From Amoebophrya sp. A120 (Eukaryota > Protista > Dinoflagellata): a stretch of 64,000 nucleotides of DNA. Positions 50,135-60,070 of this stretch are shown piece after piece. Made by a program: the position numbers and the translations under genes. The notes under the pieces are model-generated. The model was not told where the DNA came from. It ran no database searches and worked only from the letters and a program-made list of their open reading frames with translations. Each line of letters begins with the position of its first letter. The stretch's first letter is position 1. The stretch spans positions 3,016,658 to 3,080,657 of the forward strand of contig CAJINV010000006.1 in the NCBI GenBank assembly GCA_905178155.1, given 5' to 3'.

Positions 50135-52467
50135 ATGGCGCGTAACTTGGAGAAGCAAAAGCACTCCCTAAACAAGTACTGGGACCATCGAAATGCGATG
50201 GAAAAGGACGGGTACACCGGCCACTCGTGGCTGGCGTACAGTTATGACATTGCACAACTCCCCCTCGTTCTCATTTCTCATGCAAAATACCAAATCCACG
50301 CTTTGCCTCTTGTCACTATTATGCATGACAAGTTCTGGTAGCCGCCCAAATAGCACTACAATCCAGTGGAAATTTGTCATGCAAAACCGGCACTCTTGCT
50401 GATGCTTGTATTTTTGCCGTTCATGCTATACAAATGAGGGGGAGGGGGGGGGGAGTTGTGCACTCTCATAACAGTGAGCGAAGACCCAAAATTGCGGAGT
50501 CGGTGACCACCCTGAAGGAGGCGAAAAAATGGTGGAACAACCTGAAATGGGAATTGTCCGAGAAAATCATGCGGATCCAAAACGCCACACTCCCCGAGGC
50601 CGAGATCCGCGACATGAACGACGACATCAATCGGCTGATACGGGAACGAGGTTTTTGGGTGGACGCAATACGAAATCTCGGAGGGGAGGACTTAACGGCG
50701 CAGATAAAACCAATGGAACTAGACGGGAAGGAACTCTACGCACACAGCGGGTAAACTTATTTGTTATTCACCTATTCCAGATGAGCCACGCTGTGAAGAT
50801 GCTCTTGACAAAGATAAATTGCGTTTTATTCAATCGCATAGTTTTAGTTCTTTTCATCTGTGGTCCCACAGATGAAGTGAAAGTAGAGATTAGAGATACA
50901 ACATGAGGACATCGCTTTTTCTACTGATAAGTGAAGAATTTCAGTACGTGCATTCCATTTAAGGAACAATCAGAATCAAAATCGACGTTCTTTATCAGGT
51001 ACAAATATTTCGGTGCGGCAAAGGACCTTCCCGGTGTAAGAGAATTATTCGACCAACAGATAGCCGCGGACGAAAAACGGAAAAAGAAGAAAGAGCTCTA
51101 CGAAAACATCCTTCCCGATTATTTCGTATGCATTGCAAATATGTCTGGGTCTGGGAGAGTGCTGTAACTTGTCATGCTACATCTGGATCGTGGAAAATAA
51201 AATTTGTGTTGCAGGATTACCAAAAGAGGTCCCCTTTTGAACAAGTTTAGAGGCAGTTTCTCATGCAGGAGCGGCATGATAGAGATCTCACAGAACCTGT
51301 CATGCTAGGCCGCGCATGGCAGACCGCGTGGGTCATGGAAAACCTGCATGACAAACCTACCAGTCTTCCAGACCCAGACATTTTTGCATTTGATATTTCG
51401 GCTGGCGAGACGAAAATGATGTAGAGTTGCTTTTCGAGGAACAGGCGGCAGAAGCGGAAATAGCAGCGGACCGGCTCGAGGTATAGAGTTTGACATACTA
51501 TGTTCGATGTGTTGATTGTGCATAACAAGAAACTGCAGCGGTACAACTACCTTTTCGCGTTCGAAAGCCACGATCTACGTAAAAATGGCGGTCGTATTTC
51601 CTCTGCATCATGACACGACTAACAGCATCACGCTCATGATTTTTCAACAACAAACTGCATGACAAATTTTTATGCACAACTATCTATCAGAACATGCCGG
51701 AGCAGCTTCGGAAGGCGATGGAGTTGCAGCAGCAACTGGGTTATGAACTGCAAAAGTACCGTACTCGTACAGATGCATTACAAATTTCCCCAGCATGAGA
51801 AATAAAATTTGTCATGCGGATTTACCGTAAGAAAAAAATTTGTAATGCATGACTGCAATTACAATGAGTGCGATACTTTCGCACTTCATATGGGTGTATC
51901 GGCGAAACACGGCACCACCTCGTTCTCCAAGGCCTTGATTGAAGAGGAGGAAAGAAAAAAGATGATATGCATGGCAAATGTGTCTAGGTCTCGAAGATCG
52001 GGCGATTTTGTCATGCATCTTTTGGAGCACACAGATGCTGTGGAATGCGCGCAAATGCATTTACAAGTTCTGTTCAAGCCCCTTGATGTTGCCCGTCCTG
52101 CATGAGTAACTCGGTATTTCTACGGAGCAAAAAGTGGACACCTTTTGGCGTTTATGCAACACAAGTTTTATTTGCGGAGTCCAGAGGACTTTGCATTACA
52201 AGTTCGGATGCTTCCAGGGGACCCAGACGTATTTGCAATGCATAGATGAAGGACGGGGAGAATTTGGACCACAACAAGAAAATTTCCTACGTCTACACGC
52301 CGACGGACGAGGAAATTCAGCGGCTTTTAACGGAGAAGAAGCGGCAGTTGGCATTGCAAAAGGTTTCGAAATACATAACCAAAGAAGAATTAGACGACAA
52401 CGAAGAAAAGCGGAAACTCGCGGGCCAGCACTACGTGGAACCCGAGAAAGCGAAACGGAACGACTAG
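50135..52467 (+). CDS. ISY1: Pre-mRNA splicing factor Isy1 (NTC); 4 introners and 2 GT-AG introns (50751-50998, 51481-51690)
   Basis: MARNLEK, ERRP...EAKKW...IQNATLPEAEIRDMNDDINRLIRERGFW...LGG, GYKYFGAAKDLPGVRELF, DYFGWRDE and C-terminal PTDEEIQRLLTEKKRQL. Confidence 0.95.
50243..50470. mobile_element. Introner family C in ISY1
   Basis: TSD ACAGT; join gives AYS-ERRP. Confidence 0.92.
51127..51395. mobile_element. Introner family A in ISY1
   Basis: TSD TTTCG; join gives conserved DYFGWRDE. Confidence 0.92.
51742..51890. mobile_element. Introner family B in ISY1
   Basis: TSD TGGGT. Confidence 0.9.
51966..52244. mobile_element. Introner family A in ISY1
   Basis: TSD GATGA. Confidence 0.9.
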
Positions 52468-53096
52468 ATTTTTCCGTCGTGTGCAGCTCTCTTACTACAA
52501 CCGTAGTTGTCCACCTCCTTGAGGCCGCTATGAGGCTGTGCTTTTCCAAGAAGTAGAAGAACAACTTCTCTTTCTAGAGCTCAAGTGAAAGAAAGTAGTT
52601 TCATACCTCCAGCCGCATAATGTGGCGCAGAAGTTAAAATTGATTTACAACAGCACAATCTGTTGGGCGATTCTGTGCTGTGGCACAGCAGATAAAGTCG
52701 TGCTGGTGTGTTCGTGGTCGTAGTCGTGGTGATTCAGAACGACAGATATGTCCTCGCAGGAGATGACTAGATGACACTGTCGGCGGACGCTAGTACACCT
52801 TTGCCACTGCGATTGGAAACCGTTACAACAATTGGAAAGTGCACTGACAGTTTTTTTTTCTTGCAGCTCCGGCTGCATTGTGCTGCTAGTTGTAGTAAAC
52901 CCATCACGACCTGGTGCATTTTCAGTTGTGTTATCTTCATCGTGCCTCCTGCTCTGCACTCTTGCTTTTGACACCGCGGCTCGGTGCAGCTAGTAGTGCT
53001 AATGTTGTGACCTTGCCGTAGTTTTCCTCAGCATTTTTGCCTCGTCGGTTTTAGAAGAAATCTCCTTGAGTAGACCAAGAACACTAGAACACGAGA

Positions 53097-55349
53097 ATGA
53101 CTCTTCGATCTCAAATAAAGTGCGGCTGGTGCGACAACCTGGTTGTTCCGACCTTCACAGCAAACCTGGGTGATGCAGACCAACATAAGAACTCCTCCTC
53201 ATCTGCAAGTGGTACTACGCCGCGGCCCCCGCCGGCTTCAAACTACAGCCAGGACCGGGAGTGGACTGCAGGTGGTCACGAAAGAGTACACAGTGATCAC
53301 CGTCGTGATCAACAGCAGCGGGCCGGTGAGCAGCTCTACTGCGACTCTTGTTGGACGTGGTGGCGGGAGAAAAAGCGACGACAGCAGGCGGCGGTCCCGC
53401 AGCTGCGCCTCACTGTGTTGCACGACCGGACATTTCTTAGCTCGCAGAATCACCAAAAGCTCGTGCAGCAGAGGACCCCTATCGCTGACGGGGAAATCCT
53501 CTACCTTCCCGGGTATTTTGATAGAAAAACGAGCGAAAAAGCGTGGGCAATGTTGCTGGAAGCAGCTGCAACGACGCGGCACCGTGGCGTCGAAAAAAAT
53601 GAAAAATTTATACCTCCTCGTTCAGAATCAGACGACACCAGTGCTGCTAAGTCTGTGGTTACTACGGCCTGCTCTAAACCGTGTCCCCCGTGTTCTAGTG
53701 CGAGGACCACGCAGAAGTGCTTGTGTGAAAAAAACGCGGGAACAAGAACACAGAACTGCGAAGACGAAGACCAGGCGGGACACGCAGTTCTCGAGTGGAG
53801 CCAGCACCACGCTTTAGATTTGGCGAAATTCAGGTCTTCTGACGGCCACCAGCAGCAGTGTAGTTCGCAAGAAACCCAAATATCTTCAAACGCTTTCCAC
53901 GCCTTTTTGTCCCAAGTTTTGAAAGACTGGGAAGAGCAATTCGATGTCACGGTGCGGATATCAAGTGCAAAAATGTCTGGGTCTGGAAGGATGCATGTTT
54001 GTCATGCACATTTTGCGTGACTCTGACTCCTGACGTCTGCGATGCATGCCCTAGCATCACAGATATTGTGAGGGCGTTCTGATGCCTATACCGCATGAGA
54101 AATGCCCTCTGGCCGTGGGCAAAACCAAGCCTCTTTTGCTGTTCATGCAATACAGATTTTTGGATAATGCAGACGAAGCATCACAAGTTCCAATCTTCCA
54201 GACCCAGACACTTTTACATTTGATAGCGGAAAGAGCGGGTAAATTTGTACACGGAGAGTGAGTATCCTATGCAAGAAATGTGTGCAAAAATAGAAGTGGA
54301 CCAACTTGTGTTGCTTGTGTTGAATTTTTCCAGGAGATGAACTAGAGTTTGTGTTGCTTGACCGGCAACAAGAAAATCCTATAGCGAAACTTTCTCTTTG
54401 TCATTCGCAGACGGGGTTCGCAACGCGCACTGAAGATTTATAATTGTAAGAGGAGCATGCACCAGGGGAGAATCTTGAAAACAAAATGCCATGCTCGGAT
54501 GTTGCACAAGGTGAAGATCGTGTCTATCCACGACGTCGATTTAGCAACACAAATTCTACTTCCGAGACCCACAGCTTGGATTTACCCGTGGATACTGACT
54601 GGAAGCCGTTTCACCAGGACAGCCACGGGTGGCACACGGAGAAAGTAGTACGGCAGGTGCCACCAGCCCGTAGCAGCACAAGTAGAGGTCAAGACGACGA
54701 TGATGTCCAGGAGAGCGCAAGAATATCAGCCGAGCCCGGCAGTGAACATGGATACCATGTGGCACAGAGCGAGGACCACGACGACATATATTCTTCCTAC
54801 TACGACGACGTCACGATTGCCGCGAGCTTTGGAATCAGACCGCGGGATTTGGCGTTTCGGCCGATTATTTCTCCTGCCAGTTGTAGAAGGGGAGAGCACG
54901 AGCAGCATTGGAGGCACAGCTGGCGTGGAGGCAACCAACAGCACCAGGACGACTTGTTCCACTTAAGTCTCCAACAGAACGCGGGCGACGTGCTGATTTT
55001 CGATTCCAAAGTGAACGACGTTTTTGAACACGGCGTGCCGGAAGTAGTGCTAGAAGGCGAGCGAAATGTCGTGGGCCACGCCGAGCACACGGAAGCCAAA
55101 CTTCTTCCCACTCCTTCAGCTGCCGACGACGAAGTAGATGCGGATGCCTGCGAAGGGGGAGAGGGGGGAGAAGCGACGAAGACGATTTGGGGTGCTGATG
55201 TACGTTTGCAGAAGGTGTTCGCGGATGAAATAAAACCGAGGGCGGGAACTGCGCTGCATTTTACGCGTGCGAGCATTATCGCCTGGTGCTCGCGGAACGA
55301 GAATTATTTAGATCCGAGAAGACAAGACTGCAGATATTTGAGTCGTTGA
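53097..55349 (+). CDS. AlkB-family 2OG-Fe(II) oxygenase with N-terminal CxxC...CxxC motif; 2 introners
   Basis: ILYLPGYF, VNLY..DWKPFHQD (HxD), IAASFG..RDLAF, GDVLIF..VNDVFEHGVP (distal His), RASIIAW. Confidence 0.8.
53959..54225. mobile_element. Introner family A
   Basis: Family A TIRs; TSD GCGGA. Confidence 0.9.
54263..54594. mobile_element. Diverged introner, family unassigned
   Basis: TATCC...GGATA; TSD GTGAG/CTGAC; join restores NLY..(D/E)WKPFHQD. Confidence 0.75.
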
Positions 55350-56305
55350 AGATGGGGCTACAACTAAAATCATAGCAGTGATGGCAGATGAGGCGGAGGC
55401 CTAGGGCAAGCAGTTGTCCTGCACCTGCTCTTATTGTCACTGCCTCTCTCTAATCTAAATCTTTCACCTCTTTGAATAATTCATCTCGGACCTGCTACAA
55501 CAATTCATGCCCCTCACGATGTTGTAGAAAGAATCTGAATTATCGTTCGCGAAGTACACGACCCTATCATGCCATGTAGATGCATGAGGAAAACTTTTCC
55601 TCATGCATCCGAAAAGGATCATTTAGCACCACGGGCACGGCTGCTCGGATGAACAACGGGATTAAAAATGATAGGAAATCATGAGGGAACACGATGAATG
55701 TCAATGAATTGTCGGTCACAAGATCAACATCCTCGTGGAGGAAGAAGCTAGTAAAACTAAAAACAGCTGTCGGTCCTCAAAGCTGCAGGATCTCGATCTC
55801 CCCAACAGTCGGTAGACACAAAATCAAAACCGCCGTGTTATCATGAGCAAGATTCATATAAATTTCGCAGAAGGTCGTGGTGGTCTTCTATGCTGTCGCC
55901 ATGATGAAATGCATCTTGTCGCTAGAATCGTCATCGTGGCAAATAAGATCGATAATTTTTAAAATATTGATGACATAAAAAATTCTTGAACCGCATCAAC
56001 CACTCTGATTCTACTCTGACCAGGCCTCTGATTTTTAAAAAAATACCACCCAAGAACTCCAACCGAATTCCCCGTCTATCAACTTTTTCTTGTGATTTTT
56101 GGAAACCCTTACACGCAACCGGTGCCCTGCTAAAGACCATCCAAGTTTTGAATCCCTTTGTAGTTGTAGGCAATTGTCAACTAGCGAGTCTTTTTGAATT
56201 ATCACTTCCAGAGGTGTATTTATTTACAACATCGGTAGAAGGTAGACCACGTCCAAAGAGTTCTACATACATACACAAGGAAGTAGTCAACGCGGAAACA
56301 AAATC

Positions 56306-57816
56306 ATGATGTCGTCTCTCCGTCGTACCATTGTGGCGTTTTCTGTCGCCTTCGTTCGTCCTACTACCATGCTCGACGGTGTGAACGGCCTGCGAGTGTT
56401 CCCGAATACTTACGGGGCCCCCGATATTTTTATGCCCGTATCCGAGTTCGCGCCGAGCACGAGCATGGACCAGCAGCGGCGTGCGGTGGGGAGCGCGGCG
56501 TCGACGCCTGCCTCGGCGCGCCGGTCGCTATCGGATGCAAATTAGTGTGTCTCCGTCTGGATTTGGAACACGAATAGTGGAGGAAACTTCTGAGTTGATG
56601 ATCCTATGTGTCATCTTTCTTGGTACTGACATGAAACAAGCAACACACGAGAGAAGAAAAAACCGGGGGCATTTATTTATTGCAGCGGAAGATGATCCTG
56701 AACGATACCGAGAGTGAAACCCAGCAGTGGCATCTCTACTTCGGGTTCTTGCATGTCTTTACCATTCTGCATGAAAATCGACCGGACGACGCTCTTTGAA
56801 AGCATTTTCAATATGCATGTTGATAAATATGAATATCACTGTCACGTTAGGCAGTGGAACAGCAAGAAGGCGACACAGGAAGATTTGCAAATCCACAAAG
56901 GCAGGCGACGACGCAGGAACACGAACAGGAGCCAAATTCTTGCCGATTTGGTCGATTGGCAGGCTGTGTGAATTTTCTTTTTCGTAGAGGCCCCAGACAC
57001 GACACAGCAGCTGCATCGCAAGCTTCTCGAACCGGAACTGCTTCTGCGGGGCCCCGGGCTTTTGGACCCGCAGCTGGCTCTGTGGTGTCGGACTCGACAA
57101 ACATAGGCCGGCAGCCTCGCGAGCAGCCCGTGGGAAACCAATATGCATTGCAAACAGGTCGCTGGGCTCTGGAAGAGCAGTAGTATAATTCTGAAAACGA
57201 CCCATGTGCACCCTTCCTGCGCGCGTGCGCGAACTCTGTATTACAGGGCGGAGGAGATTCGTGAACCCTGCAAAAGGCATTGATAAATGCATGCTGCGAT
57301 GAATGAAGCAGAGCCCGATTTTCAATAGTGCTCCTGCTTTCTGATGCGAATTAGAAAGGGCGTTTTGTCATTTTTGATAGCTTCGTGTGCGTACTGTGGT
57401 CAGTTTATCTACTCTTATGTACAACTATTCTGTTTCTTTCACCATTACAACTTCAACTTTGTTCCAGACCCAGATCGATGATTGCACTGGATAGAAGCGA
57501 AACAGCAGGCCACGCTGCTGCTGTCGGGGTTACAACTGAGAAGAAGAACAACAAGAAGAAGAACAAGAAGGGAAGAAGGCAAGAAAAAGGTACGGGTACT
57601 ATGGCCGATGTTTACTATGCTTTGGAACGGCAGGAACGGTACGAGGAGCAGCTTGCACAGCTGCAGCGTGCACGTGCGGAGTCCGCGCCGGCTGGAGATG
57701 CGAGCCTAAGCCAGGGGGAAGACACCGAAGTCCAAGGCGGCATTCAACAGCAAAGCCGAAAACATGTCATCTCTAGGCGCAGCACCATTCAGCGTCAGCG
57801 AAGCCGAAGCGTATGA
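56306..57816 (+). CDS. Hypothetical, possibly secreted protein; exon structure partly unresolved; 1 introner
   Basis: Hydrophobic N-terminus MMSSLRRTIVAFSVAFV; ORFs 56854 and 57385 join in frame across 57142-57493. Confidence 0.45.
57142..57493. mobile_element. Introner family A, diverged, no recognisable TSD
   Basis: TATGCATTGCAA...TTCCAGACCCAG..TTGCACTGGATA; element plus 5 nt removal is in frame. Confidence 0.75.
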
Positions 57817-58405
57817 CTAGAAAGGTCATCGATCATCTTCTACGGCGGGGGGCAAAACGCACAGGGTTCTATTTGCTGACTTTGCAATACAAATTTTTGT
57901 CGAGTGCCCCACCTCTAAGATGACTGCTTTATTTTGTCCACAGGTCGACAGGGGTCAAAGTCGAATCGTTTGAACATACTTGCTACACGCAATTTACACG
58001 CTGGCGCAAATTTTGTGTATGTTCGAACTTTCCGCGCGTTTTTTTTAGCATCGGCCCGTAGTTCTAGCATTAAAGCAAGCTAGCATAAGCATCTGCACAG
58101 CATCTGAACGCCATACGAGCAGAGGCTAGAAGTCTCTGAAGTAAAGTATTGCAACCCATATATATAAGAAAAGTACAGAGGAGGCAGTTTTGCAGCGAAT
58201 CGCGGAAGAGTTTTTCAGCGAATCGCTGAAGAGCAGCAACCACTGTGAAGTACTTCTCCGTACACGCAAACTCAAGCCAAATGATCAAGCACTTTCGCTG
58301 ATTTTGATGAAGTTTTACCTTCGTGAACAAGTAGAGAACGGGTTCTCCAGCATGAATTATGTCGTGCAGTATAAGTAGTGGCTTTACCTCTTTTGATGTC
58401 AAAAG

Positions 58406-59720
58406 TTGTACGAGGGCGCACCAGGCACTTACATACAGCAGAACGGCAACAACCATGACGACAAGGACAAGGGGGCTGCGTCGTATATACAATTCTCACT
58501 GTCTCTGTGTCTGTCTCTCGAAACCCCATTCCCACTCCGAGTAAAAACGCTTAGACATCAGAGTGCTCGATTAGAAATACAGATGATGAACGGACCACTT
58601 CCACGAGCATACTTTCTTCACCAATAATATGCTCGAGTTTTAGGATGAAGATGATGAACTACAACATCAACCTTAAGCTTTTTGTACAATATGCTCACCT
58701 GCAAGTGCAAGCACAGGTAGCAGCATCCGCTAGAGTGCAGGATGCGCAATGAACGTGGCTGCACCAGGCTGCTCTTGATTTTTTTTTTGGTTCCATCTTG
58801 CCCTCCTTTGTTCTTGGCGCCGCACCTGTCGATGCCTCGTCAGCCGTAGGCAGATGATTTAAGTCATGTCATTTGTACGAACTTGGATTTTCATCATTTT
58901 TCGTCGCTAAGTTTTAGGAGATTTTTGCAGAGAGCCACCCTGGACTGTAGAGCAAATTTGTAATGCTGGCACTCCAAGAGACCTACACTAACACAGTTTT
59001 TTCCCTGGATACTTCTACTTTTTCATCTAAGCCTGAAGCAGACTATAGCAGTGCCCCGGATGAAGATGAACATAATTCTAACATCGCACTCCAGATTTCC
59101 GAAACCGCGGTATTGTTCCAGAAATTTCTCTTCGACTTTGTCCCTAAACTGTTTGAAAAGATCGAGACGATTGTGGAACTCGAGATTTTGTTGTTGTTCG
59201 CCCTGGGTTGGAAGATTCTGCGGCGACGGCTGAACATGACAGAAATTCGTTTTCTGCTCGGGATCGGCGTGATTAGTTATCCTGTGCAAAAGTATCGTAC
59301 TCGTAGTAATTGCATTTATGCACTACAAATCTGCTTCTAAAGGTAAATCAGCATTGCAAACAAATGCAATTTATAATATACTAGTACGATGCTTTTGCAT
59401 TTCATATTGGTTTCTACCTGGCGATTTTTGAGCTGACGTGCCAAACCACGAGCACCCTATCCACTGCAAAAGTATCTGATACCCGTAAGTATAAATGCAA
59501 GTCTTGCATTACAAATCTCGTTCCCAAGGCAAATCAGCATGACAAATTGCATTTCTCATGCTGAGCAAAAATGTAATGCAATCCATACTAGAGCGACACT
59601 TTTCCTTTTGCAGTTCATACACCTGCTCGGGCTACAAGCTGTCGCGGGACATTCTGCACAGCCTCGCTTTTTTGGTGATCATCGTGGCGGTAAACTTCAA
59701 CCTGCACTCGCTGGGGATTC
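58406..59720 (+). CDS. Multi-pass membrane protein fragment (start uncertain, runs into assembly gap)
   Basis: Spliced ...ILLLFALGWKILRRRLNMTEIRFLLGIGVISFYLAIFELTCQTTST(C/R)SGYKLSRDILHSLAFLVIIVAVNFNL. Confidence 0.6.
58484..59011. mobile_element. Degenerate family D introner with internal insert
   Basis: Right TIR ACACAGTTTTTTCCCTGGATA; left end decayed; TSD CGTCG/CTTCT; in-frame join. Confidence 0.55.
59278..59406. mobile_element. Introner family B
   Basis: TSD TTAGT/TTGGT. Confidence 0.9.
59458..59619. mobile_element. Introner family B
   Basis: TSD CACCC/CACCT. Confidence 0.9.
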
Positions 59721-59841
59721 TATCAAATGCAAAAATGTCTGGGTCTGGAAAGCTGTGATGCTGAGTTGTGCATGATTGAAGCGCGTTCAAAGGCAGCCAA
59801 GCATGACAAGTTCTTCAGACGCCTGCTGATGCCTAGCACGC
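59721..59841. mobile_element. Family A introner truncated by gap
   Basis: Left TIR TATCAAATGCAAAAATGTCTGGGTCTGGAA. Confidence 0.8.
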
Positions 59842-59941
59842 NNNNNNNNNNNNNNNNNNNNNNNNNNNNNNNNNNNNNNNNNNNNNNNNNNNNNNNNNNN
59901 NNNNNNNNNNNNNNNNNNNNNNNNNNNNNNNNNNNNNNNNN
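59842..59941. other. Assembly gap (100 N)
   Basis: Run of N; flanked by different families (A left, C right), so exon sequence is missing. Confidence 0.99.
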
Positions 59942-60070
59942 AATTCATGTGCCTACTGTAGTACTGCTTGGGCTTCCGAAATTTGTTATGCAAACCTTGG
60001 CACAGGGAAGCGACTGGATTTGGGATTTTGCATGACAAAAGAGGGGGAGGGGGAGTTGTGCAATTTCATA
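59942..60070. mobile_element. Family C introner truncated by gap
   Basis: Right TIR GGGGGAGTTGTGCAATTTCATA. Confidence 0.8.

Noticed and set aside
28438-55349. Stop-codon reassignment as reported for another Amoebophrya lineage
   Set aside because: Reconstructed RRP4, ISY1 and AlkB have no in-frame stops and use TGG for Trp
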